DNA of 64,000 nucleotides from Cyanobacteria bacterium P01_A01_bin.123. GTDB lineage: Bacteria; Cyanobacteriota; Cyanobacteriia; Phormidesmidales; Phormidesmidaceae. This document shows positions 48,218 to 57,902 of the stretch, piece by piece. The notes under the pieces are model-generated. The model ran no database searches and had not been told where the DNA came from. It saw only the letters and a list, made by a program, of their open reading frames with translations. The position numbers and the translations under genes are program-made. The number at the start of each line of letters is the position of its first letter. Position 1 is the first letter of the stretch. Where the stretch lies: assembly GCA_039815185.1 (NCBI GenBank), contig JBCBZT010000030.1, positions 37,477 through 101,476 of the forward strand. The letters run 5' to 3'.

Positions 48218-49654
48218 TTAAATCCAGCCTCGAATGGCAGCTTGATAGACACCCTGATAGCGATTTTTGGCGTTGAGTTTGGTCAAGCTGTTATTGATGT
48301 GAAATTTGACTGTGCTTTCGCTAATAAAGAGCTGTTGGGCAATATTGCGATCGCGGAGACCCTCCGCCAATAGCTGCATCACCTGCTGCTCCCGTTTAGA
48401 AAGGCGCTGTTCATCCACTGTTGAGGAAGCCATTTGTTTTCCCTGCGCCATTTGCACCACCGCATCGCGAAGCTGGTCTGAGGTCGTCTTGAAATCCACG
48501 ATGGCTGTGGCTTGCTCTGGGATTGCTGTCGCGTCAGAACGAACCCAAATAGCAGTGCTGGTGGCAGTCAGTGCGGCTTTACTATCGGTGAGCAGGATTG
48601 CCGTTGCATCCCCAGGATGACTTACGATCAAGGCGGCTCGATAAGCAAGGTGGGTTAAGGCGTGGGTCAGCGTGTCGTAGCGACACTGGATTCTAACTTT
48701 TGGCCCCGACCGATTAACCGAATCAGGAAGCTCCATTAAAAATTGGTAAGCCTGACCTGCCATCACGGGTTGAATTTGTAGGCTACCACCCAAGTAAGTC
48801 GCTAAAAACTTTAAATCTGAAAATTGCGCCATTTCCAAAGGCGACGTTTCCAAATCTTGAGTTCTACCCCAAAAATCTGTTGACGAGTTGCCATCGCTGG
48901 AGGAGATAGGTGCAAAGGCATCGAGGGAAACTGTAGTGGGCGTATAAGTGAGCCGACAATAGTTGCACACCAGATCATTAAGTAGCTCTGCTGCCCGTAA
49001 AAAGCCGTAGGTTAACGAGGCATTCAAATGTCGTTCTGTACCCACCAAAGTCAAATGAGTACTTTTCAAAATGATGGCAATCCGATCCGAAAGGGAGGTC
49101 GTTGTCCCAGCTGGAGCCACTTGTGCCAATTGCTGAACTTTTAGGGCAGTATCAAGGGCAACGGTGAGGGTCATGCAAAGTACCTGCAAGACCTCTAGGA
49201 ATTCAGGCGCAAAGGCGTGATGGCTAAAGGTGGCTAAGACACCCAGGGTGCGATCGCCCACCACTAACGGATACCCAGCAAAACCTTGAATATTATTGTC
49301 GATCGCCCACTGCCGATCTTTGACCCAAGACTCTTCGGGGAGGTGGTTGCTCAGGAAGGGAACACGGTTTTGCGCAATTTTCCCAACTTTGTAGGCACCC
49401 ATGGGGACTTGGGCGAAAGCCCCATTGATGTGGGTATAGAGCCCCGAAGATGCCACCAGCCGCAGCGATGACTGATCAGGCTGCACCAGCCAAATGCGAG
49501 CAAACACGCAGTCAAATTGTTCAACCAAGGCATCGGTTACTTGACAGGCGATCGCGTCAGGGTCCAAATTGCCGGAAATGGCTTGGGCGATGTCACTGAC
49601 TTGCTGCAAGTCATACAGCAGCCGAGTCGAATCTAGTAGCGAATGTCCTTTCAC
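48218..49654 (-). CDS. GAF + LuxR-type HTH transcriptional regulator
   Basis: N-terminal GAF (FARIWL...LVASSG...FAGYPL); LSKREQQVMQLLAEGL....IAQQLFISESTVKFH. Confidence 0.88.
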   Translation of the reverse strand: MKGHSLLDSTRLLYDLQQVSDIAQAISGNLDPDAIACQVTDALVEQFDCVFARIWLVQPDQSSLRLVASSGLYTHINGAFAQVPMGAYKVGKIAQNRVPFLSNHLPEESWVKDRQWAIDNNIQGFAGYPLVVGDRTLGVLATFSHHAFAPEFLEVLQVLCMTLTVALDTALKVQQLAQVAPAGTTTSLSDRIAIILKSTHLTLVGTERHLNASLTYGFLRAAELLNDLVCNYCRLTYTPTTVSLDAFAPISSSDGNSSTDFWGRTQDLETSPLEMAQFSDLKFLATYLGGSLQIQPVMAGQAYQFLMELPDSVNRSGPKVRIQCRYDTLTHALTHLAYRAALIVSHPGDATAILLTDSKAALTATSTAIWVRSDATAIPEQATAIVDFKTTSDQLRDAVVQMAQGKQMASSTVDEQRLSKREQQVMQLLAEGLRDRNIAQQLFISESTVKFHINNSLTKLNAKNRYQGVYQAAIRGWI

Positions 49655-49797
49655 TCAGTAAGTGCGGCCTTTTCTCTAAAGCGTAGGCATGAGTTAGCCC
49701 TTTTAGTTGAGTACAACTTAGCAGATGAGGCTGTATATCTCATCACAGTGCAGATCTACTTTAAGCTATGGCCTATTCTGCCTAGAAAATCAGGCAT

Positions 49798-49821
49798 AAA
49801 AAAGCCTGCACAGGGCAGGCT
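49798..49821 (-). terminator. Rho-independent terminator
   Basis: Minus strand AGCCTGC-CCTGT-GCAGGCT-TTTTT. Confidence 0.7.
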
Positions 49822-50376
49822 AACAATGACTCTAAATGAAAAAATTGCCTAGGAAGTATCAGTTAGATGTTCAAGATAGAAGGATCTCAATCATCAATAT
49901 TACGCTCCCTATCTAACCGGAAAGCAGCTAAAAACTTAGAACTTTTTTATTAGTATAGATCTGTCTAAAAAATGGAAAAAGAAAGATATCTATACTATTT
50001 ACAGTGCAGACATTGACTTAATGGAAGCGCTCTTCAGGGCTGTATTCCCTTACCCAGCAACGCTCAAGATGACGAACCTTAGAAAATCGCCAATACCGTC
50101 TGGGATTTAGAATGGTTCTGTAGGAAGCACTAAAAACTGGCTGATTTAGGTATTGCCAGAGCGGAAATTTATGATTTCTATAATTCGGTGACATTACGCA
50201 GTGTGGAGGTTAAGTTGCTTGGACAATCGAAAAACAGATGGGAAATCCTCTAGTAGCTACAACGCGCCAACCAGTCTTTCCCTTCAGTATAAGAATGCCC
50301 AACCAAAACTTTATTTAACTCAACTGCAAACAGGAAAAATGTTCAAGTTTCATAAAGAAGTTGCATGATGGTGGAA

Positions 50377-50762
50377 TGGAGCTGACGGGAGTCGAACCCG
50401 TGTCCGCCCTAAGTAATAACACCTCGCTCATTCACAGGCTTAGCCTATCTAGTCCTCAAGGCGGGAACCGTCATTTATCCCTGACGGTAGGATGCTTTGG
50501 CTGAGGTCTTTGCACCATAGATCACCAAAGAAATCTTAGATGCGCATCCGTTGGGGTTGGTTCACAGTCCTTAACGGAGTCGGGCTGTGAACGCTCGCGA
50601 GAGTTTTACCTAAGCTACAGCGATAGCTGCTTGCTTGCGAGCAAAAGGTACGATGTTGTTCGCACTTACTTTTGTTTTGAGCCTTGATTTGCGAGAGGTG
50701 ACTCACTCTCGGCCTGAATCACAAAGCGACTTTCGTCAAAGCGTCGAAACCGTGACAGCCCC
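50377..50762 (-). ncRNA. ssrA: tmRNA; tag ANNIVPFARKQAAIAVA* at 50663-50610
   Basis: 5' GGGGCTG..GGTTTCGAC, 3' GGGTTCGACTCCCGTCAGCTCCA Ala-like acceptor; cyanobacterial-type tag. Confidence 0.96.
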
Positions 50763-51036
50763 TTGTTTTTATGTGTCCTCCAATTATAGGTCAGCTTTCC
50801 CCTGAGTGTGTTGAGCTGACGGATGTTGAAATACCTGCAAGTATCGGTTATGTCGCTGATTAACTTTCATAAACTTAATCAAGACGCTTTTCACCTATAA
50901 TGTTTTCTTAAGGATGTGGGCTAAGATTTCAGGTAAGGGTTGGTCGCACCACATCATCTGACATGGTGCTACACGGCATAACAACACGACTTAATATCTT
51001 TTGGAAGAATCAAATAGGAACGCGGGGGGTTAACGC

Positions 51037-51438
51037 ATGAGCAGCAGTGCAACGACCAACGGGCATACAGACAAGGCGGATGATCAAGTGACTTCGGAGA
51101 CTCAACAACAAGTGGAATTGGTAAAAGCATCTGAAGGACAAATCGTTGTCTCGGCATCGGCAGACCATGCCAAACTCATGCCCACAAATACATTGCCCAA
51201 CAACCGACCGATTGAGGTCAGCGAGGCTAAAGTGGCACACACATTGAGTTCTGCTGGTGTTAGGCCAGTGATGGAAGATACGATCCAGATCGCAAGCACC
51301 GATATCTTGCCGGGTCACCGTCCGATTGCAGCCAGTTCTTTGAAGCTTTTGGAGGGTTCAGGCTTGCCAGGCAACCGGCCGATTGCCTCTAACGATATAG
51401 ACGAAAATCCAGCCGCATTGATGGGTTATCTTGATTAG
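51037..51438 (+). CDS. Hypothetical protein with four RP(I/V) repeats
   Basis: LPNNRPI, AGVRPV, LPGHRPI, LPGNRPI; followed by a terminator. Confidence 0.75.
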   Translation: MSSSATTNGHTDKADDQVTSETQQQVELVKASEGQIVVSASADHAKLMPTNTLPNNRPIEVSEAKVAHTLSSAGVRPVMEDTIQIASTDILPGHRPIAASSLKLLEGSGLPGNRPIASNDIDENPAALMGYLD

Positions 51439-51525
51439 TGCAGAGGGTTGATTGGGCAAGTAGAGCAGCGTATTGAGCTTTGAGAGTTTCTGTTAGCTCA
51501 GCGTTCTACTAAATGGATCAGGCTT

Positions 51526-51555
51526 AAGAGTCGTTCTGAGGGGCGGCTCTTTTTT
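51526..51555 (+). terminator. Rho-independent terminator
   Basis: aagagtcgttc-tgag-gggcggctctttttt. Confidence 0.7.
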
Positions 51556-51619
51556 GTGCTCGCCAGTTTTTAACCCAGTCGGTTGCATTTGGATTGACGC
51601 TAACTTCGCACTAAAGATC

Positions 51620-51635
51620 TGTGATCAAGATCACG
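51620..51635. promoter_or_regulatory. CRP-type binding site candidate
   Basis: TGTGA-TCAAGA-TCACG, 1 mismatch to TGTGA-N6-TCACA, about 100 bp upstream of the 51733 start. Confidence 0.45.
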
Positions 51636-51732
51636 AGAATAAGCCCTTGATTATCACATTCATTTGTGGGCAGGTTGATGACGATAGATGGGTACGTTTA
51701 TCCTGATTATCCTTTTTAATCCTGATGCTGAC

Positions 51733-51960
51733 ATGTCTGTTCAACTTTGCCTTTTAAGATATGCCCTCGCAGAACTCTTTGCTGACGTCAGTCAATCGGG
51801 GGTGGTCACATTAGCTGATCGCTATGGTTTGATGGCGGCAGTTTTCGAAGAAGATCAGCTCACGGATGATGAAAAGTGTTCTGTTAATCGACTGCTGCGA
51901 TCGGCTTCCAAAGGTAGGGTGCAGATAGTTAATGAGCTCTCAACCTTGGAGAGTCAGTAG
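51733..51960 (+). CDS. Small conserved cyanobacterial hypothetical protein
   Basis: ELFA....SG.VTLADRYGLMAA...NRLLR...GR. Confidence 0.7.
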   Translation: MSVQLCLLRYALAELFADVSQSGVVTLADRYGLMAAVFEEDQLTDDEKCSVNRLLRSASKGRVQIVNELSTLESQ

Positions 51961-52045
51961 GTGCTCAGTCTGGGGCTGCTTGCGAAATAATGGATTGGGT
52001 TTAGGCATCGGCAATGGATGCTGATCGATTGTTAAGGGTTAAGCG

Positions 52046-52597
52046 TTAATGGATTGTGGTGAACCAGCGGTGTGTCTCTTGAGGCGATCGCAGCCGAATG
52101 ACCTGTAAGTGTTCGTATTGCGCCTCGTTTAGCAGCACCGGATAGTCGCGACGGCGCCGCTCGTAGGTTTGCCATGCCCACAAAATGATAGAGTCGCGGG
52201 TCAAAAAGGATCCCCATAAGCTTTCGCGATTGCCATTCCATAGCGGTTCTCGAAAAATTCCTCGTTTTAGCGTGCGCCAAATCACCCGTCTCATGACAAC
52301 CGTACGGGCATAGTCGAGCCAGACGATGGTATCGGCCCGTTGCCAAAGGAGGTCGCGCACCTGACTGTAATTGCCATCTGTTACCCAGCGATCGCTGATG
52401 GTTGCCCGCTTTACTCTTTCTAAAAACATCGCTGGCTCAGCCTCGATCCAATTGGGTTCCCAGTGCAAGGCATCCAGTTCAATATGGGAAATAGCCAGTT
52501 TGGTCGCGATCGCTTTGGCTAAGGTCGTTTTGCCTGAACCAGATGTGCCAATCACGACGATCCGCTGGGGTAAAGCCGGGGTAACCTCGGTGGACAT
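52046..52597 (-). CDS. Adenylate-kinase-like P-loop protein (FlaR/topology-modulation family)
   Basis: GTSGSGKTT, ELDALHW.PNW, WVTDGNY. Confidence 0.85.
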   Translation of the reverse strand: MSTEVTPALPQRIVVIGTSGSGKTTLAKAIATKLAISHIELDALHWEPNWIEAEPAMFLERVKRATISDRWVTDGNYSQVRDLLWQRADTIVWLDYARTVVMRRVIWRTLKRGIFREPLWNGNRESLWGSFLTRDSIILWAWQTYERRRRDYPVLLNEAQYEHLQVIRLRSPQETHRWFTTIH

Positions 52598-52639
52598 TTT
52601 AGTTTATTTGTACTATTAATAGAGCATCTGTTTTTCTGA

Positions 52640-53044
52640 GTGGGCATTGCCATGACCGAACTTGCAGTACCAACCTCACCAGACCTGCTATCTGCTGCTT
52701 GGTCAACGATTCGATTTCGTCGCGCCAAAGACAAAAAAGGGTGGGCGTTGATTGGGATTCCGACTCAGGTCTATCCCCTCGTGGTTTTAAGGTTGTTTGA
52801 ACAGCGGGCGCGGTTGATTGAGCGCCACAAAACTGGCCCGTTTACTAGCGTGCTGTTTGAAGCGCCGCCAGCGCTAGCGGCCAAGCTGGCCTGCGTTTTC
52901 CCGGCACCTCCGGGTTGTGAGGCGTTGAAAGTGTCTGAAAGTGGCGATCGCATTTTGTCAGGCAAAGCGGCAAAATCTCCCAAAGCGATCGCCCAAGCGG
53001 TTGACCCTTCTGAGGTTATGTATGGGTTGCCAGAGGCTGCTTAA
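52640..53044 (+). CDS. Hypothetical protein
   Basis: 134-aa ORF filling the gap; no recognised motif. Confidence 0.5.
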   Translation: MGIAMTELAVPTSPDLLSAAWSTIRFRRAKDKKGWALIGIPTQVYPLVVLRLFEQRARLIERHKTGPFTSVLFEAPPALAAKLACVFPAPPGCEALKVSESGDRILSGKAAKSPKAIAQAVDPSEVMYGLPEAA

Positions 53045-53154
53045 ATATAGCGCTGGTCGGATTACTCAATGCACCCAGTATCGTCAGCATACTGAGTCCA
53101 CAAGCAATTTGGCTCGCGGTAGCGCACAAAGCTTTGGGGCTACCGTGATAAAAC

Positions 53155-54264
53155 TTAACTCTGGTAATACTCCGCGCCCTTGTTCACAAACTCCAGGGTG
53201 TAAGCCTGGGTGTAATCAATATCAGCGCTGAATACTTCGGCCTCGACCATCGTGTCGAAGAAGGCCTGCCAGCGTTCGTCGGTCATCGCGCCAATGCCCA
53301 GTTCCTCAGAGTCCCCTGAAACGGCCAAGCCGTACTCCTTCATCTTCTCAATGCCATAGGCGATTTGCTCATCGGTCATTTCAGGATTGTCTTGTTTGAT
53401 TAGCTCATTGGCTGGAGCCGGGTCGTCGTTTAAGTAGCTGTACCACCCTTTGATCGAGGCATCGACAAAGCGCTGCACCAAGTCAGGATCTTGATCGACT
53501 AGTTCTTGGCGGGTTTCAATCGTGGTGGAGTAGGGGTTGTAGCCATAGTCTGCTAAGAGGAAGACCACGGGTTCAAAGCCGCCTTCTTTAGCAATTGATA
53601 GCGGTTCTGAGCTGAGATAGCCCTGCTGGACTGAGTTTTTATCGGCTAGGAAGGGGCCAGGGTTGAAGTTATAGGTGCGTTTCATGTCTTCGGTAAAGCC
53701 ATACTTGGCGGCTAAAAATGGCCAGTAGGTTACGTTGGCTGCCGACGAAATAAAGACGGGTTTGCCTTGGATGTCTTCTAAGGCTTCAACGCCTTGGTCG
53801 GGGTGGGCCACCAAAATTTGGGGATCTTTTTGAAACATTGCCGCTACGGTGACTTTGGGGATGCCTTCTGCAACTGCTTTAATCGCATCAGAGGTATACC
53901 CCATGAAGAAATCAATACCGCCCCCCATTAACAGCTGGGTGCCGTTCACTTGGGGACCCCCCATTTGGATGGTGACATCAAGCCCATATTCTTTGTAAAT
54001 ACCTGTGGCTACGGCTTGGTAAAAGCCACCATGTTCTGCCTGGGCAAACCAGTTGGTGCCATAAGTGACTTGAGTTAGTTCGTCAGAACCGCCATTGCTG
54101 GTTGCCTCTGTTTCAGTTGCCTGGTCAGGGGTCTCAGAGTCGGCAGCGGGGGGTTGATTACCAGAGCAGGCTGCGACTACACCTGTCCCAACTGCGATCG
54201 CGCCGTATTTAACAAACCGACGGCGATTGAAAGTTACGGGTTGGATGATAGGACGGAAACGCAT
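53155..54264 (-). CDS. NMT1/THI5-like ABC substrate-binding lipoprotein with Tat signal
   Basis: NRRRFVK twin-Arg, VVAAC lipobox, TNWFAQAEHGGFYQA; GGAGG RBS before 54264. Confidence 0.88.
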   Translation of the reverse strand: MRFRPIIQPVTFNRRRFVKYGAIAVGTGVVAACSGNQPPAADSETPDQATETEATSNGGSDELTQVTYGTNWFAQAEHGGFYQAVATGIYKEYGLDVTIQMGGPQVNGTQLLMGGGIDFFMGYTSDAIKAVAEGIPKVTVAAMFQKDPQILVAHPDQGVEALEDIQGKPVFISSAANVTYWPFLAAKYGFTEDMKRTYNFNPGPFLADKNSVQQGYLSSEPLSIAKEGGFEPVVFLLADYGYNPYSTTIETRQELVDQDPDLVQRFVDASIKGWYSYLNDDPAPANELIKQDNPEMTDEQIAYGIEKMKEYGLAVSGDSEELGIGAMTDERWQAFFDTMVEAEVFSADIDYTQAYTLEFVNKGAEYYQS

Positions 54265-54349
54265 TTGATTCACCTCCAGTAACAGCAGGCCTAGATGATG
54301 GATGTCATTCATCTAGGATAAAGGCTTTGTAGATTTGCAGGGGTTAACC

Positions 54350-55315
54350 CTAAGCTGATTGCACAATCCAGTCGATCACCTGTTCGCCCAGACGCACACT
54401 ATCAAGGCGATCCACTTCGCGAATCCCCGTGGGGCTGGTGACGTTGACTTCGGTCAGATAGCCGCCAATGATATCAATCCCTACAAAGATTAGGCCATCC
54501 TGTCGCAGCTTGGGGGCAAGTTGGCTACAGATTTCGCGATCGCGGGCAGTGACCTCTGCTTTGGCCACCCGTCCACCCACCGCCATATTGCCACGAAACT
54601 CTTTGCCCGAGGGAATGCGATTGACAGCACCGATCGGATCGCCGTTGAGCAAAATCACCCGCTTATCTCCGTCTTTGGCTGCGGGCAAAAACGTTTGCAC
54701 CATCACCGGCACTTGCCCCTGCATCGTGCTGATTTCGATCATGGAGTTAAAGTTGCGATCGCCTGGATCGAGAAATAAAATCCCTTCTCCGGCCTTGCCG
54801 CCTAGGGGTTTAAGTACACCAAACCCCCACTTCTCGACAGCAGCGCGAATCACTGCCTTATCTTGGCTGACAATAGTGTCAGGAATTGCCTCGGTAAACT
54901 GGAGGGCGTACATTTTTTCGTTGGCTGCCCGCAAGCCTTGGGGTGAGTTAATCACCTGCGTTTTGCCAGGATCCACATAGTCCAGGATGTAGGTGGCATA
55001 GAGGTAGGGAATGGTCACGGGTGGGTCAGTGCGCATCAGCACCGCGTCCATCTCGTCCAATGGCAGCAGTTGGGATTCACCCAGGCTAAACCAGTCGGGC
55101 ACTGCTACCCAGCGATTTTCTCCGAGTTCAACTGGGGTAAGCTGTACGGGCGTTAACCACGCCATCGCTTTGCTGTCATCAGCCACGCTCAAATTTTGCG
55201 CTTGGGTAATCCAAACTTCATGGCCTGCCGCCTGGGCGGCTTCCATGATCGCCACGCTAGTGTCGTGGCCTGCATCTAACTTTTCAATTGGGTCAATGAT
55301 GAAGGCAAATTTCAC
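54350..55315 (-). CDS. gshB: Glutathione synthetase
   Basis: MRTDPP, NEKMYAL, KPLGGKAGEG, FRGNMAVGG, EVNVTSPTG. Confidence 0.96.
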   Translation of the reverse strand: MKFAFIIDPIEKLDAGHDTSVAIMEAAQAAGHEVWITQAQNLSVADDSKAMAWLTPVQLTPVELGENRWVAVPDWFSLGESQLLPLDEMDAVLMRTDPPVTIPYLYATYILDYVDPGKTQVINSPQGLRAANEKMYALQFTEAIPDTIVSQDKAVIRAAVEKWGFGVLKPLGGKAGEGILFLDPGDRNFNSMIEISTMQGQVPVMVQTFLPAAKDGDKRVILLNGDPIGAVNRIPSGKEFRGNMAVGGRVAKAEVTARDREICSQLAPKLRQDGLIFVGIDIIGGYLTEVNVTSPTGIREVDRLDSVRLGEQVIDWIVQSA

Positions 55316-55421
55316 GCCTGTTTCCCTTTAGGTGTTCACGTAGATCTTTACCACGAGTGCGGCTGTCGATTTTGAATTGTGGATTTGCGATTTTGGCAAG
55401 ATCGCGATCTGCTCAGCACCG

Positions 55422-57233
55422 CTAACGGCTAAACCAGCGACCAATGCGGGTGGCAAAGAAATTGAAGAAGTGCAGGATTTGATCAAAGAACGGCAAACTG
55501 TTTTGCCAGGGGAGCCCTTGATAATATCGCTGGCGATCGCGCCACTTAAACAAGGTAAACTCACTGGGTTCGTAGAGGTTCCAGATTTTGCAAGGGGTTT
55601 CCTCAGACCCGGTTGCCTGAAGGATGGCATTAACGGCGTGTCTTGCCGCTTCGTTGGCCCCCTCCATCGTGGCCAAGTCGGTAAAGGTGCGCACGTAATC
55701 TCCAGATAACAGTAAATTCGGGACTGCCGTTGTGGCTGAGGGACGAATCCCCCAGGTGTTGACATCGTTGATCAGCAGCGGTTCCAAGTTACGGGTCTTT
55801 ATGCCTGGAAACTTGTCACGGTCTTTGTCTTCCACAATGTCGCGATCGAGGTACCACTCCACCATCACCTGCGCCAACGGTGGCAGAACTTCCTGGTTAT
55901 TGTTATTCAGGCTCTGCTGCAATTGTTGCCAAATCTCATCACGAATTTCTTCCTTGGTGCAGGCGTTAGCGATTTTGCCATTCAGCCCCGGTGCTTCCCA
56001 GTTGGAGATATCGACCGACAAAATACTTTTGACCGCCCCGTTGCCATACTGACCCAGATCATAGTCCGGCCAAAACTGACGCTGAGAAATGGAGGTCAAC
56101 GCCCAGGGCGTTTCGCTATAAATCACGTGGCCGCGCAGGGTATCAAGTAGGGGAATTTCTTGATTGAGGTAGTACTGGGCACCATTCATCCAATTCGTAT
56201 CTTCGGCGAGTTCGCTGAGGTGCAGCAGGGTGGGGGCCGCATTGATCAGCGCCTGATTTCTTGCTGGTAGGTTGCGGGGGAAAGACCCGATGGGAGTATC
56301 TTCACCCACAATGCGTGCCATCGACTCCACCGGCACAGCAAATAGATAGTAATCGCCCTGAACCATTTTTACGGTGCCATCCTCGTCATTGAGCAGTTTC
56401 ACCCCAGTGACCTGATTTTGCTTTTCGTCATACTCAATCGACTGCGCTACCCACTTGAAGTGATAATCAACCCCCATTTGCTTCAGATAGTCTAACCAGG
56501 GGATGAGCCAGGCATCGTTGGTCGGGCCGTTGAGCACCCGGTCTGAGTTGCCATCGAATTCCAACATGGAAAGCAACAACTGCACCAAAATGTCGCCCCC
56601 GGTTTTGGCACTCATCTTTTTGGCCTTAGCTGCAACCAGAGTCCTGGTGAGGCCATCGGCAAAGAAGGTTTTATAGGCAGCGCTGTGCTTATCTGCTTCG
56701 GCAAAGTCCCACCAAGATTGGCGTTCGTAGTCTTCGTTGCGTCGTTCCCAGCAGCTTGTCAGAATTTTCCAAAGTGTCAGCGCGATCGCGTCTTTGTCGT
56801 CCTCGGTAAAGTCAATGTCAGCGTTTTCAATCGATTGAACTTCAGCTTTAAGTTGGGCAAACGTGCGGGGCAAATGGTTGAGTAAAATCAGGGGTTCACG
56901 CCCCGGACGCGCCGTCATCTCTTTTTCAGCTTTGACCAGGTTGTCGAAGGCAGTTTTGAACTGGCCTGGATTTTGCGGATCTTTCACCGGAATTCGCTTC
57001 ATCGTGTCGGTGAGATGACGATAAAACGCCGGGAAGAAGCGAAATCCGTGTTCTCCAGGGAGATCTTTACGCCCGTCGATGGCGGTATTCGGCACGTCTA
57101 CACTGCGGGCTTTCCCCCCGGCATAGTGCCACCGCCGCTCGTAAACTTCCACGTCAAAATCCCGTTCGATTAATTCGTGGGCGGCGCTCATCCCCGCCAC
57201 GCCACCGCCAATAACGATTACCTTAGTGCCCAT
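55422..57233 (-). CDS. FAD-dependent oxidoreductase (amine oxidase/HpnE-phytoene desaturase-like superfamily)
   Basis: IGGGVAGMSAA, GGKARS, GEHGFRFFP, GDYVRT...ATMEGA. Confidence 0.85.
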   Translation of the reverse strand: MGTKVIVIGGGVAGMSAAHELIERDFDVEVYERRWHYAGGKARSVDVPNTAIDGRKDLPGEHGFRFFPAFYRHLTDTMKRIPVKDPQNPGQFKTAFDNLVKAEKEMTARPGREPLILLNHLPRTFAQLKAEVQSIENADIDFTEDDKDAIALTLWKILTSCWERRNEDYERQSWWDFAEADKHSAAYKTFFADGLTRTLVAAKAKKMSAKTGGDILVQLLLSMLEFDGNSDRVLNGPTNDAWLIPWLDYLKQMGVDYHFKWVAQSIEYDEKQNQVTGVKLLNDEDGTVKMVQGDYYLFAVPVESMARIVGEDTPIGSFPRNLPARNQALINAAPTLLHLSELAEDTNWMNGAQYYLNQEIPLLDTLRGHVIYSETPWALTSISQRQFWPDYDLGQYGNGAVKSILSVDISNWEAPGLNGKIANACTKEEIRDEIWQQLQQSLNNNNQEVLPPLAQVMVEWYLDRDIVEDKDRDKFPGIKTRNLEPLLINDVNTWGIRPSATTAVPNLLLSGDYVRTFTDLATMEGANEAARHAVNAILQATGSEETPCKIWNLYEPSEFTLFKWRDRQRYYQGLPWQNSLPFFDQILHFFNFFATRIGRWFSR

Positions 57234-57371
57234 GATGATGCTTCAACCCTTTGCTAACACGATTGATATTTGTCTAAAGTGCACGACATTCACCGGAAAG
57301 ATAAGGCGACTTTTGGATAATGTTGCAGTTATGGGGTAAAGACTTTAGGTTTTGACCCCGCCACCGCACGA

Positions 57372-57902
57372 TTATCGCTCGCAAAATTGACGCTGATGTC
57401 GGCGCACCAGTGCTTTAGCCATCCAGCCCAGGCCACATAGGGGCAATCCGATCGCGAGTCCTTGGGCACGGTCGTCTTGGGTTACGTCGAGGCGGGTAAT
57501 CGTTTCAGTTGCGATGAACTGGTTGACCTGATTTGCAAATAGCCTGCCGTTGAAGGTTGGCGGCAGGGCGATCGCATCCTTTTCCAACTGCAACACCACC
57601 TGCGCTTGCATGCCGTGTAAGTCTTTTCTGGATTGCACCGTGGCTGATTTTAAGTGGCTGACGGGAAAGATTTGGGTGTGGGGTAAAAAGGAACCTGTCG
57701 TCAGACGGCACTCTGGTGATGGTTCCGAGGGCGATGCATCGGAAGCGGATGGTTTGGGCATACGGGGGGCAGAAACGACTGACCGACACACCAACGTTGC
57801 CACTCGTATGCTGGTGAGGCTCATGTAAAGCACCCCGATTACCACAAAAGGCAGGGATATCCAGGTTTCTAAGGCATGAACGGGAAACCGACGGGGAAGC
57901 AT
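57372..57902 (-). CDS. Hypothetical membrane-anchored protein
   Basis: TGATG overlap with the bioF stop; N- and C-terminal hydrophobic segments. Confidence 0.6.
   Translation of the reverse strand: MLPRRFPVHALETWISLPFVVIGVLYMSLTSIRVATLVCRSVVSAPRMPKPSASDASPSEPSPECRLTTGSFLPHTQIFPVSHLKSATVQSRKDLHGMQAQVVLQLEKDAIALPPTFNGRLFANQVNQFIATETITRLDVTQDDRAQGLAIGLPLCGLGWMAKALVRRHQRQFCER

Noticed and set aside
48218..49654. Bilin photoreceptor controlling apcD4-apcB3-isiX
   Set aside because: Its GAF domain lacks the DXCF and CH bilin-attachment motifs seen in the 1704-2246 GAF
38646..50377. Integrative element inserted at the tmRNA 3' end
   Set aside because: No integrase and no duplicated ssrA 3' fragment found by eye; nit genes and regulator carry host-like HIP1 sites
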